From Terriglobia bacterium (GTDB taxonomy: Bacteria > Acidobacteriota > Terriglobia > JAJPHL01 > JAPKYU01), in NCBI GenBank assembly GCA_965206645.1, contig CBDBKE010000002.1:256001-320000 (forward strand): DNA of 64,000 bases, in the 5' to 3' direction. Every line of letters starts with the position of its first letter. The stretch's first letter is position 1. The notes beneath the pieces were generated by a model. The model saw only the letters and a list, made by a program, of their open reading frames with translations, did no database searches and was not told where the DNA came from. Both the position numbers and the translations under genes were made by a program. Positions 12,270 through 23,741 of this stretch are shown one piece after another.

Positions 12270-13291
12270 GAGGGTGTCCTGAACTCAGTTGAAAGTTCGT
12301 AGCGGCGGTTCGGAGCCATCCGACTACGCCACCTCCCGTCGAGTGGCCGACTTTGATCCTTCGAGGATCGCTTTCAACATCCACAGGTCCTGGTACCCCA
12401 TCAGGCGGCGGAAGTTTTTCTCCGTGGCCAGGAAGCTGGAGGCGACCCAGCGCTGGACCATGGCCGCATCCCGCCAGCGGCACACCCGGCGAGTTCGCAA
12501 CCTCACTCCCGCCTGCGGACTCTCGATGAGATTGGTGGTGGCCAGACAGCGATGTAGCGAAGCCGGAAGCCCCAGCCGGTTGATGGTGAAACATTCCTCC
12601 AGACCCTCCCGTAAGCTGGCCGCCGCGGCCGGACAATCTCGCTCCAACCATTGGGCCAACTTCTCCAGCTTGGCCCTGCCGGTCTTCGGATCCAACCGCC
12701 AGGCGGCCCGCATCGCCGCCCGCACCTGGTCCCGCTCTGGCTCCGGCAACACCCGCTGGTACTGCCGGGTCGAGACGCCCCGCAGCAAGATATCCAACAT
12801 CCGGGCCCCCAGACCCTCGCCCTCCTGCATGGCTTCGTAGGCCGGGAGGGGAACTTCTTTCCCCGCTCCCCGGCCTGGCCGCCGGAGCCGTGGCCTGTGC
12901 ACGGCCAGCTTTCTCTCCTTCAGGCGCACCCGTCCCCGCTGGCGCCCATACCAGCCCACCCCACGGCGCCGCCGGCCCTGACGGCGTGGACCGGCCACCT
13001 GCGCGGCCGACAACTCCAGCACCGCTTCAATCGCCGCCCTACCCACCACGTCGATCAGCTCGTCGACGGCTAACCGCGATTGTTCGATCAACTCCACCCA
13101 GGGCAGCAGAAACTGCCCGTGGCGAGCCAGGTAGGCAGCCAGTTTGCGGGAGCTTCGGCTATCGCTCCGGCCTAGGATGTGGTAGCTTCTCTGCACGGCG
13201 GTTCCCCTTTCCAGAAAGTTTCCCAACCCGATTCTACGGAACCAGGTCAGCGAACCGCCGCTCAACTTTCAACTAAAGGTGAGACACTCTC
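12270..13291 (-). mobile_element. IS256-family element, internally deleted (1022 bp)
   Basis: 28-bp imperfect TIRs (GAGGGTGTCCTGAACTCAGTTGAAAGTT and GAGAGTGTCTCACCTTTAGTTGAAAGTT); 8-bp TSD GCGTCGGC at 12262-12269 and 13292-13299. Confidence 0.92.
12324..13196 (-). pseudogene. IS256 transposase lacking its central catalytic region
   Basis: RPRLR, GVSTR and TTNLIES motifs are present, but the protein is only about 290 aa; the DD and CxxH region is missing at the RVLPE|PERDQV junction. Confidence 0.82.
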
Positions 13292-13395
13292 GCGTCGGCG
13301 TACTTACCTCTCTCCATGTACTTCTGGGCTTTTGCCAAACGCTTGCTAATATCAGGCATGGTCCCCGCGAGAAACAGGCTCAGTGGGTGCGAACG

Positions 13396-13424
13396 ATTCT
13401 AATGAAAACACCCGGAAATCACAA
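13396..13424 (-). promoter_or_regulatory. Sigma70 promoter of the TPR-GAF-GGDEF gene
   Basis: TTGTGA-17 bp-TAGAAT, 36 bp upstream of ATG 13359. Confidence 0.6.
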
Positions 13425-13432
13425 CCGCGCCC

Positions 13433-13495
13433 GTTCCGGAAATTCCCATACCAGTTTCGGAATTCCCCATACCTGTTTCGGAACTTCCCATAAAG
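13433..13495. repeat. 21-bp imperfect direct repeat x3
   Basis: GTTCCGGAAATTCCCATACCA / GTTTCGGAATTCCCCATACCT / GTTTCGGAACTTCCCATAAAG. Confidence 0.88.
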
Positions 13496-13660
13496 GAGGC
13501 CCGGGAGCGGCACGGATCGCTGCTGCTCACGGGGCTCCTCACTTGCGGGCGGCGCAAACCCTGTCGGATATAATTAGGGGCCGGCGGGTTTGGACAGAGC
13601 AGCGGGACGGCTGGCCCAATTCCCAAGCCCGGCCTGCTGAGCGAAGCGACAACGCCCTCT

Positions 13661-15652
<1,992 letters not shown>

Positions 15653-15937
15653 CTGCGGGTGCGTGGAGGAACAGGGAGCCAACGCGAGCCGCCAAAAAAT
15701 ACTACAGCCAACCAGGTCCTCCGACTCCCCCCGGAACGGCGGCCTGATTGGCTGTTGCCAGCTAAATTTAACTTAGCGATACAGTAGATGCGCTCCCCTG
15801 AAACGGCAATAGCCCGATGGTCCCGTTTTGCATTGGTACTCCAGTACTACGAGTCCTGCCGGCTCTCCAGCAGGATGCTAGAAAACTTCCTCGCGTGTCA
15901 GCATCTTGCCGGGAATGGTGCTATATTTAGGAGGCGG

Positions 15938-16153
15938 ATGCCTATTTACGAATTCTCGTGCCCGGACTGCGGAGAGAAGTTTGAGAAGTTGGTGTTGCGG
16001 CACGACGGCGATCTGACTGTGCCCTGCCCGCAGTGCGATAGCACCACGACCCAGCAGGTTTTCTCCACCTTCGCGGTGGCCAGCAGCACCTGCCGGTCGG
16101 AGGCGGCCGGATTGGGAAGTTGTGGAGCTTCCCCCGGTGGGCGCTTCACGTGA
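15938..16153 (+). CDS. FmdB-family zinc-ribbon protein
   Basis: AGGAGG RBS; MPIYEFSCPDCG...CPQCDS. Confidence 0.9.
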   Translation: MPIYEFSCPDCGEKFEKLVLRHDGDLTVPCPQCDSTTTQQVFSTFAVASSTCRSEAAGLGSCGASPGGRFT

Positions 16154-16298
16154 GTTCGCTAGTCACACTCCCGCCGGTGGCGGGAGGCAGCGTCGGTGCA
16201 GGCTGCCTTGCCAAGCAGGGACCCCTTAAAGAACACCTTGTCGTAATCCAGCAGCGTGTACTTGAGCAGCGTGGCTCTGTCGCCCGTAGCGGTTCGCC

Positions 16299-17015
16299 TC
16301 ACGCAGTTTTCTCAAGCAGCTGAGCAGCGAAGCGCGGTGCCGCGCCGCCGGCTTCGTGTTTGAAATAGACGTAGACGTCGCAACCCTGCGCTTGCAGCGC
16401 CTCAAACCTCTCGCGCCAGGCACGTAGCTCAGACGAGCTGTAGTCGGTCTTACGCAGCCGGAAGTAGGCAAAGGGCGCAGTCCTTTGGTCCGGAGTCGAG
16501 CGCTCGTCGGTCTCGGCTACACACAGCGCCACTCCGCGCTCCTCGAGCAGTTGCAGAGTGGCGTCATCAAACCACGTCGGATGGCGGAACTCCATGGCCC
16601 AGCGCAGCACTGGTCGCGCCGGCAGCGCCGTCAAAAAGTCCTTCAGCACAGCTGGATCGGCGCGAAACTGTGGTGGTAGTTGCAGCAACAGGGGGCCCAG
16701 ACGTCCCGCGGCCGCCAGCGGCGTCGCTCCCGTTAAGAACGCTTCCATGACGGTTTCGGTGTTGCGCAGGCGCAGCACGTGGGTAATCTTCTGATTCGCC
16801 TTCATCGCGAACAAAAAACCATCCGGCGTTTGCGGCACCCATCCTTCCAGGGTTCTGGCGCTTGGCAGCCGGTAGAAGGTGTAATTGATTTCGACAGTGG
16901 ACAGGCGCTGGCTGTAATACCCGAGCATCTGTTTGTCGGGGAGCTTTTCAGGGTAGAAACTTCCCCGCCACTCTTTGTAAGAGTAGCCGGAAGTGCCGAC
17001 GCGCAAGACAGCCAT
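16299..17015 (-). CDS. DUF72 (YecE-like) protein
   Basis: VGTSGYSY.EW.G.FYP, VEINYTFYRLP, LLQLPP, EFRHPTW and YVYFKH motifs. Confidence 0.93.
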   Translation of the reverse strand: MAVLRVGTSGYSYKEWRGSFYPEKLPDKQMLGYYSQRLSTVEINYTFYRLPSARTLEGWVPQTPDGFLFAMKANQKITHVLRLRNTETVMEAFLTGATPLAAAGRLGPLLLQLPPQFRADPAVLKDFLTALPARPVLRWAMEFRHPTWFDDATLQLLEERGVALCVAETDERSTPDQRTAPFAYFRLRKTDYSSSELRAWRERFEALQAQGCDVYVYFKHEAGGAAPRFAAQLLEKTA

Positions 17016-17154
17016 AGCTTCTCTCGCGGAAGATTACCACGTCCGAGGCGCATACAAGGAAGTCCGCAGATTGCGCAGACCATGGACGTTGCTGGTAGTC
17101 TTTGGTGCTGAGATTCTGCGTAATCTGCGGATTCCTGCTTCTTCCAACCGCACG

Positions 17155-17868
17155 CTACGTTTTCAGGCGCAGTTTCCAGCGGAGCTGGGCCACCATCCCG
17201 CGCAACGTGGTCAGGTCACGGTCACCCAGATTGAGCCGCAGCAGCAGGCGGCGGAGCTTCTGAGTGTCACTGAGACGCGCCGTGGAGGGATAAAAGCCAA
17301 CCGCTCGCAGGACCTCCTCCAACTCCCTGCGAAACTGCTCCACCTGTCCCACCGCCGCTCGTTCTCTAGTTCGCCGGGCCTGCGCGGATGCCGGCGCCCG
17401 GCTCAGTTCATAGCAGCAGACTGCCACCGCCTGGCCGAGGTTCATCGAACGAGACGCGGCCGCGGTGGGAATCTGCACTAAGAGGTGGCAGAAGCTGAGG
17501 TGTTCGTTGGTCAGGCCAGTTTTTTCAGGTCCGAACAGCAGTGCCGCTTTGGCAGCAGCGGCGGCGCGGGCCGGCAGCGCCGGCAGGGGCAGCAGATCGC
17601 TGTCGAGCTTGCGCCGGCTACCCGAAGTGGTGCCGACCACCAGGCTGCGGTCTGCCACTGCCTCGGCCAGCGTGGCTACAGCGCGCGCGGAAGCCAGAAG
17701 CGCTCTCGCTCCGACAGCCGAGCGGGCTTCCTGCCACACCGGCTCGTAGGGCTCCACCAAAACCAGGTCGGGGAAGCCGAAGTTGGCCATGGCACGCGCT
17801 GCCGCGCCAATGTTGAGCGGATTGCGCGGCCGCACCAGCACGATGCGCCAATCATCAAATGAACTCAT
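17155..17868 (-). CDS. trmJ: SPOUT RNA methyltransferase, TrmJ/LasT family
   Basis: IVLVRPRNPLNIGAAARAMANFG, LFGPEKTGLTNE and SMNLGQAV. Confidence 0.88.
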   Translation of the reverse strand: MSSFDDWRIVLVRPRNPLNIGAAARAMANFGFPDLVLVEPYEPVWQEARSAVGARALLASARAVATLAEAVADRSLVVGTTSGSRRKLDSDLLPLPALPARAAAAAKAALLFGPEKTGLTNEHLSFCHLLVQIPTAAASRSMNLGQAVAVCCYELSRAPASAQARRTRERAAVGQVEQFRRELEEVLRAVGFYPSTARLSDTQKLRRLLLRLNLGDRDLTTLRGMVAQLRWKLRLKT

Positions 17869-17971
17869 ACAAGCAGCCCTGTTGAGCCAACTGCCGGAGG
17901 GCACCGCCCCAACCGGGTTACACTATTCTGACACGGCTAAGCAGTGGGCAACCTGTAGAGGGACCAGAAGC

Positions 17972-18574
17972 ATGCCAGTCGAGTCCTCCGCCAAGCAGAC
18001 GGCCACGGCAGATTGCTCCGGTGGTCTATACCAGCGACTGCTGGGGGCCGCCTGGAATGAGCTGGCGGCGCCTGTGCGCAGGTTGCACTCCGCCCAAGGC
18101 AGCATAGAGCGAGTAGGTCTGTTCCGCGTGCGCCGGAGTGAAAGGCGGCTGGCGCGATTTCTGGCATGGCTGGGGAGGCTGCCCGCTGCGGGTGAAGCTG
18201 TCTCCACTCGCCTAGAGATCACCACCGACTCGGAGAGGGAAACCTGGCGCCGGAGTTTTGCCGGCACACCGGTCGTCACTCGCCAGCGTGAAAACCCCCC
18301 GGGTGTACTGGCTGAGCGCTTCGGCCTCCTGGAGTTCCGGTTCAGGCTCTGCGTCATTAATCACGCGCTTTGTTTCCACCAGGTCGGGGTTGTCCTTTGT
18401 CTCGGCCACCTGGTCGTGCCATTGCCTCGCTGGCTCGTTCCGCAGGTGGGTGCCCGCTCCTGGGCGGAAGCGAACTCGGCGACCGTGCGGGTCGCCGTGC
18501 GTGTCGACTTCCCTCTGGCTGGCCTGCTGGTCGCCTACGAAGGCTCTATGGAAAGTGAGGAGTTGAAGCCATGA
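17972..18574 (+). CDS. DUF4166-domain protein
   Basis: LYQRLLGAAWNELAAPVRRLH, ETWRRSF, LAERFG, PLPRWL.P and PLAGLLVAYEG. Confidence 0.75.
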   Translation: MPVESSAKQTATADCSGGLYQRLLGAAWNELAAPVRRLHSAQGSIERVGLFRVRRSERRLARFLAWLGRLPAAGEAVSTRLEITTDSERETWRRSFAGTPVVTRQRENPPGVLAERFGLLEFRFRLCVINHALCFHQVGVVLCLGHLVVPLPRWLVPQVGARSWAEANSATVRVAVRVDFPLAGLLVAYEGSMESEELKP

Positions 18575-19137
18575 CCACCGTCTTGTGGTTGCTCGCTTCC
18601 CAGGGGCTGCTGGGCACTTTCGACACGCTGTACTACCACGAGTGGCGCGCCCGACTTCCTGCCCTGGGACCCCAGGCGCGCGCCGAATTGAGGCTGCACG
18701 CCGCACGCGACTTTATTTATGCCACGCTGTTCGCCACCCTCCCCTGGGTTGCCTGGAACGGGTTGTGGGCCGGGGCGCTGGCCGTGTTGCTGGCCACCGA
18801 GATTGCACTGACGCTCAAGGACTTTGTTGTGGAGGACTGGGTCCGCAAATCACTCGGCGGACTCTACCCTGGTGAGCGCGTCACCCACGGAATCATGGGC
18901 ATCATTTATGGAGCCATGCTGGCCCACTTGCTGCCTCATCTGGCCCGTTGGTGGGCTGCACCCACCGGGTTCGCCGGCCATGCTTTCCTCGTCCCGGGCC
19001 CTTTGTAGTGGATGCTTCTTGTGATGGCCGTGGGCGTGTTCGGTTCCGGAGTGCGCGACCTAGCCGCAGCTTTCGGGCTGCCTTACAGCAATTGGCCCTG
19101 GGAGCGGCAGGGAAAGGACGCGAGGGCCCAGCCATGA
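18571..19137 (+). pseudogene. Membrane protein with an in-frame TAG at 19006-19008
   Basis: QGLLGTFDTLYYHEWRARLP family. Past the TAG the frame continues WMLLVMAVGVFGSGVRDLAAAFG... to TGA 19137, which overlaps the next ATG (ATGA). Confidence 0.75.
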
Positions 19138-19546
19138 TGGCGAGGCGAAGCTGGCACCGCAGCGTCTTCTGTGTCGCGCCCTTTACAACATCGCTTGGGG
19201 TACCTACACGGCCTTCGATCCGCAATGGGTACTCCGCTTTGCCGGGATGCCACCTGCCAACTACCCGGAGGTCTTGGCCTGCCTGGGCTTGGGGGTTGCG
19301 CTTTATGGCATTCTCTACCTGGAGGTGGCGCGAGTTCCAGAAAAGGGATGGCTGCTCGTTGCTGTAGGATTGCTTGGGAAGGTAATTGCACCCGTCGGCC
19401 TAGTTGCGTTGGGCTGGAGCGGCCGCTGGCCATTGGGCGCGTTGGGTTTTGCTCTAGCCAATGATCTGATCTGGTGGCCTCCTTTTACTCTATACCTCCG
19501 CGACGCGTGGCCTGAGTTCCGGCGGGAATTTCTTTGGCCAACCTGA
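19134..19546 (+). pseudogene. Membrane protein with a 1-bp frameshift at about 19178
   Basis: MMARRSWHRSVFCVA joins LYNIAWG...GMPPANYPE...GLLGKV..P.G...NDLIWW.PF only if one base is restored. Confidence 0.72.
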
Positions 19547-19574
19547 GCAGCCCCAGAGCGGCTAGGTTCAGCTA

Positions 19575-20846
19575 TCAGGGCGAGAGACGCTTGATGCGGG
19601 CGCCGACGGAGCCGAGCTTCTCCTCGATGCGCTGGTAGCCGCGGTCAATGTGGTAGACGCGGTCCACCACCGTCTCCCCCTGAGCTACCAGCCCGGCCAG
19701 CACCAGCGAGGCGCTGGCACGCAGGTCGCTGGCCAGGACTGACGTCCCGCTAAGCGCCGATTTTCCCCGCACCACCGCACGGTTCCCTTCAACCTTGATC
19801 TGGGCGCCCATTCGCGCCAACTCCAGCGCGTGCAGGAACCGGTTTTCGAAGATGGTTTCGGTAATCACCGAGGTGCCTTCGGCCTGGGTCATCAGGGCCA
19901 TCAGTTGGGCCTGCATGTCGGTGGGCAGGCCCGGATACTCTTCGGTCGCCACGTCCACCGCGGACAGTGGGCGCGGCGCCTGCACCTCGAGCGCCGACGC
20001 GCCGGGCTCGGAAATTTCCACGCCGGTCTCCCTCAGCTTAACGATCACCGCCGAGAGGTGCGCCGGCGCGCAGCCCTCCAGCCGCAGGTGGCCGCCGGTG
20101 ATGGCGCCCGCCACCAGAAACGTTCCGGCCTCGATCCGGTCGGCGATGACGGTGTGCTCCGCGCCGTGCAGCTTGCCCACACCGTGCACGCCGATGGTGG
20201 GGGTGCCGGCGCCTTCAATGCGGGCGCCCATTTTGCGGAGCAAGTCCGCCAGGTCGGTCACTTCTGGCTCGCGGGCCGCGTTTTCCAGAACCGTCTCGCC
20301 CTGAGCTAGCACCGCGGCCATCATCAGGTTTTCGGTGCCGGTAACGGTGATGCGGTCGAAGTGAATGTGCGCCCCCTTCAGCCCATTCGGCACCTGAGCC
20401 TCCACGTAGCCATGCTCCTGATGAATGCGGGCACCGAGCTTCTCCAGGCCTTTCAGGTGCAGGTTAATAGGGCGCGCCCCAATGGCGCAGCCGCCAGGGA
20501 GCGAGACGCGCGCATAGCCAAAGCGCGCGCACAGCGGTCCCAAGACGAGGACCGAGGCACGCATCGTCTTCACCAGCTCGTACGGCGCTTCCTTGCTGGC
20601 GACCTGACAGGCCTGAACGGTCACTTTGTCCCGCTGCGGCTCGTTGCCGAAACTGACCTCGGCCCCGAGGCTGGTCAGCAGTCGCGCCATGGTCTGGATG
20701 TCACGGACTCGCGGAAGGTTGGCCAGCACAACCGGCTTGTCGGTCAGCAGAGCAGCCGCCAGAGCGGGCAGTGCGGCGTTTTTCGCGCCGCTGACGGTGA
20801 GCCGGCCTTCCAGGGGCACTCCACCGGAAATGAGGAATTTATCCAT
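19575..20846 (-). CDS. murA: UDP-N-acetylglucosamine 1-carboxyvinyltransferase
   Basis: [20 protein letters not shown] (catalytic Cys), PTDMQAQ and DLRASASL. Confidence 0.99.
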   Translation of the reverse strand: MDKFLISGGVPLEGRLTVSGAKNAALPALAAALLTDKPVVLANLPRVRDIQTMARLLTSLGAEVSFGNEPQRDKVTVQACQVASKEAPYELVKTMRASVLVLGPLCARFGYARVSLPGGCAIGARPINLHLKGLEKLGARIHQEHGYVEAQVPNGLKGAHIHFDRITVTGTENLMMAAVLAQGETVLENAAREPEVTDLADLLRKMGARIEGAGTPTIGVHGVGKLHGAEHTVIADRIEAGTFLVAGAITGGHLRLEGCAPAHLSAVIVKLRETGVEISEPGASALEVQAPRPLSAVDVATEEYPGLPTDMQAQLMALMTQAEGTSVITETIFENRFLHALELARMGAQIKVEGNRAVVRGKSALSGTSVLASDLRASASLVLAGLVAQGETVVDRVYHIDRGYQRIEEKLGSVGARIKRLSP

Positions 20847-20848
20847 TA

Positions 20849-20932
20849 TTTACAAACCGGTGTTTACAAACCGGTATTTGCAAGCTGGTGCTTACAAGCC
20901 GCTTCTTACAAGCTGGCGTCTACAAGCCGGTC
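20849..20932. repeat. 14-bp degenerate tandem repeat x6 filling the nagA-murA gap
   Basis: TTTACAAACCGGTG, TTTACAAACCGGTA, TTTGCAAGCTGGTG, CTTACAAGCCGCTT, CTTACAAGCTGGCG, TCTACAAGCCGGTC. Confidence 0.9.
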
Positions 20933-22094
20933 AAAACTGCTGCAGTACACCCCGGGCGCAGACCGCGGCCACCTCCAGGCTGCCGGTTAACAGCACCAGG
21001 TCGGCGTCCGTACCGGCGGCGATGCGCCCCTTCCTCGCCAGGCCCAGTAGCCGTGCCTGGTTCAGCGTCGCCATCTTTACCACTTCCCTCAACGGCAGCC
21101 CAGTGAACCGCACCATGTTGCGCACGGCGCCGTCGAGAGTGAGCACGCTGCCGGCCAGCACGCCATCGCGGCTGCGGGCCTCCGAACCCCGGACCGTGAT
21201 CTCGCACTCGCCCAGCCGATAGGTGCCTTCCGGCATGCCCACCGCCGCCAGCCCGTCTGTGACCAACAGGACGCCGCCGGGTCCTTTAGAGTGCAGCAAC
21301 AGTCGGATGGCCGGCTCGGAGACATGAACACCGTCGGCAATCAGCTCAGCACTCAGGCGGTCGTCCAGCAACGTCGCCGCGATTACACCGGGGTCGCGGT
21401 GCGCAAACGGCCGCATCGCGTTGAACATGTGGACGACATGGCGCACGCCTAGCTCGACAGCCCGCTCGGCCTGCTCAAAGTTCGCGTCGGTGTGCCCCAT
21501 ACCTACTAGCACGCCGCGTTCCAAAACGTGGGGCATCATCGCCTCGGCGCCGTCCACCTCCGGAGCCAGAGTCAGGATCCGCAGAGTACCCCCGGCAGCC
21601 TGGTAGAAATCCTCAAAAAGTTCGTTCCTCGGCGCCAGCATGTGCTGGGCGGGGTGCACCCCTTTGCGCAAGGCGTTGAGGAATGGCCCCTCCATGTGGA
21701 TGCCCAGCGGTTGGGCGACTAGCTTGGAGGGCGGGCCTTCCATGCGGCGAACGAGATCGCCGAGGCATTCCAGAGCGGCCAGCGTCCGCGGCATCGGAGC
21801 CGTCAGCGTGGTGGGGAAATACGAGGTTGTACCATGTGCGGCCAGCGTGCGCCCTACGGCGGCCACTGCCTCGGGAGTGCTTTCCATCAGGTCGTGACCG
21901 CCGGCGCCGTGCACGTGCAGGTCAATGAAACCAGGCACGCAGGTGGTGTCAGGAGCCTCAAGGCGACGCGCATCCGCCGGGATGTGGATTTCCCGTCCCA
22001 CGGCCACGATGCGATCGTCCTCCACCAGCACCGTGCCCTGCGGAATTTCCTCCTCAGGAGTCAGCACGGTTCCAGCATGAATTGCCAGCTTCAT
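20931..22094 (-). CDS. nagA: N-acetylglucosamine-6-phosphate deacetylase
   Basis: PGFIDLHVHG, GIHMEGPF, TLAPE, HMFNAM, IADGVH, LAGS. Confidence 0.96.
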   Translation of the reverse strand: MKLAIHAGTVLTPEEEIPQGTVLVEDDRIVAVGREIHIPADARRLEAPDTTCVPGFIDLHVHGAGGHDLMESTPEAVAAVGRTLAAHGTTSYFPTTLTAPMPRTLAALECLGDLVRRMEGPPSKLVAQPLGIHMEGPFLNALRKGVHPAQHMLAPRNELFEDFYQAAGGTLRILTLAPEVDGAEAMMPHVLERGVLVGMGHTDANFEQAERAVELGVRHVVHMFNAMRPFAHRDPGVIAATLLDDRLSAELIADGVHVSEPAIRLLLHSKGPGGVLLVTDGLAAVGMPEGTYRLGECEITVRGSEARSRDGVLAGSVLTLDGAVRNMVRFTGLPLREVVKMATLNQARLLGLARKGRIAAGTDADLVLLTGSLEVAAVCARGVLQQF

Positions 22095-22167
22095 AGGGCT
22101 ATCTATGGGGCCATCTATGAGCGAAGGGGGCGGCCGATCTGGACAGACCCGAGGACTGCCCCCACAA

Positions 22168-23121
22168 TTACTCCTGCTTTTTCGTTTGTCTCGTCTGCCG
22201 TCCCGATGTATGGCTTTGCAGGGCGACAGTCAAGTTGCCCTGGTGGCGATGCAACAGTCGCTGGGCGGCACCGCGACCCAGCCCCAGCCGCTGCATCAAG
22301 ATGGCTGCCTTCAAGTCGCCGCCCGCGCGGCGCAGCGCGCGGACGGCCGTGCCATGGTCCAGTCCGAGCACGCTCCGCAGAATTGTGTAACCACGTTCAC
22401 GAAGTTTCCGGTTCTTCAGGTGGACGTTCACCATGAAGTTGCCATAAACGTGCCCCAGCCGCACCATGGCAGCGGTGGAGATCATGTTCAGTACCAGCTT
22501 CTGCGCCGTGCCGGCCTTCAGGCGGGTGGAACCGGCAATGACCTCGGGACCAACCACCGGCGCAATAGTGATTTGTGTCAGGCTAGCCACTTCCGCATCA
22601 GGGTTGCATGTGACGGCGATGGTGGCGGCTCGGCGAGCCCGCGCGTAGCGCAGCGCGCCGAGCACGTAGGGAGTGCGGCCGCTGGCCGTCAGGCCCACCA
22701 CCACATCGCGCGCACCCAGCCGCTTCCTGACCAGGTCGCGCCGGCCCAGCGCCGGGGAGTCCTCGCTGGCCTCAGTGGCTCGGTAGAGCGCCCGCACACC
22801 GCCGCACATCACTCCCTGCACCATCGTGAGAGGCGTGTTAAACGTGGGGGTGCACTCGGAAGCGTCCAGCACACCCAGGCGCCCACTTGTCCCTGCCCCC
22901 GCGTAGAAAAGCCGCCCGCCACGCCGTAGCCGCTCCACGACGACAGCCACCGCCCGAGCGATGGCCGGAATTTCCCTCGCCACGGTCGCCGGCACCCGAG
23001 CGTCTTCGCGGTTGATGAGTCTTAGGATTCCGACCGTTTGGGCGCGGTCAATCTGCACCGACCGTGGGTTCCGCTGCTCGGTGAGCAGACGGGCCAGCCC
23101 GGCAGTCTTTCGCTTAGCCAT
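22168..23121 (-). CDS. murQ: N-acetylmuramic acid 6-phosphate etherase
   Basis: TEQRNPRS, GAGTSGRLGVLDASEC, GPEVIAGSTRLKAGTAQKLVLNM. Confidence 0.98.
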   Translation of the reverse strand: MAKRKTAGLARLLTEQRNPRSVQIDRAQTVGILRLINREDARVPATVAREIPAIARAVAVVVERLRRGGRLFYAGAGTSGRLGVLDASECTPTFNTPLTMVQGVMCGGVRALYRATEASEDSPALGRRDLVRKRLGARDVVVGLTASGRTPYVLGALRYARARRAATIAVTCNPDAEVASLTQITIAPVVGPEVIAGSTRLKAGTAQKLVLNMISTAAMVRLGHVYGNFMVNVHLKNRKLRERGYTILRSVLGLDHGTAVRALRRAGGDLKAAILMQRLGLGRGAAQRLLHRHQGNLTVALQSHTSGRQTRQTKKQE

Positions 23122-23212
23122 GTCTCAAACCGGGCATTGTACTTCAGAAGTAGCCTTTGGTTGTGGAGGCGGTTGTGAAGGCCATCGACCACGTCCTGCA
23201 CGGAGGCGTGGA

Positions 23213-23704
23213 TTATTTCTTTGCTTGCGCGCAAAGCTTCTCTGGAAGATCACGGAGCCGTGGGACCCGGTGGATCCGCCCCCCTTGCTCGATGGAAACA
23301 AATCGCACAACCGGCCTGCCAGTGATTCCTTTCTTCACCGTGCCCACTCCGATCAAGACAGCCACGTTGCGGCCATCCGATAAGACGGCAACTGCCTCCC
23401 CGCAAACCGGGAAGTCGCGACCTTGATCGGCTGGACTGCCCGTCTGTTCACCACAGTCGTTGGCCTCCCACCGAATCTCAGCCTTGGAGCCGACCAGCTT
23501 CCGGAACCAATCGTCAAATCTCTGTTTTGGTCGCTGCTTTGGCCGCTGTTTTGGCAATGCTGAATCCAGCGCAGAAACGGGGGTTCGCTGTGCGCGAGCA
23601 ATTACTTTGTCCTTGGCAACTTGCGCGGCAACTTGCGCCTGGAGCAAGCCGGTCACGGGCCAGCACAGTGAAACCGCCGCCGCAAGAGTCGCCACATATT
23701 TCAT
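23213..23704 (-). CDS. Secreted hypothetical protein
   Basis: ATG at 23704; signal peptide; WEANDCGEQTG...DFPVC Cys pair; co-oriented within the operon. Confidence 0.7.
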   Translation of the reverse strand: MKYVATLAAAVSLCWPVTGLLQAQVAAQVAKDKVIARAQRTPVSALDSALPKQRPKQRPKQRFDDWFRKLVGSKAEIRWEANDCGEQTGSPADQGRDFPVCGEAVAVLSDGRNVAVLIGVGTVKKGITGRPVVRFVSIEQGGRIHRVPRLRDLPEKLCAQAKK

Positions 23705-23741
23705 CGCCGCACTCGCCTTTCGGTGATGCAATGACCCACCA

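Larger units (their letters stand above)
9804..13359 (-). pseudogene. TPR-GAF-degenerate GGDEF protein interrupted by IS256 at about codon 23
   Basis: Removing the IS and one TSD restores MPDISKRLAKAQKYMERGKYADALEEYKHAYREDPANDNLVEMIADMY in frame with ORF 9804-12203. The protein has TPR helices, a GAF domain (LGIQSLLALPL...RRWD) and RQND-VGIRY-DATTL. Confidence 0.88.

Noticed and set aside
13360-13660. LexA box upstream of uvrB
   Set aside because: No GTTC-N7-GTTC or CTGT-N8-ACAG match found by eye.
19006-19008. Pyrrolysine or stop-codon reassignment at the in-frame TAG
   Set aside because: TAG terminates many intact genes here (e.g. uvrB), no pyl genes are present, and the neighbouring gene is also broken.
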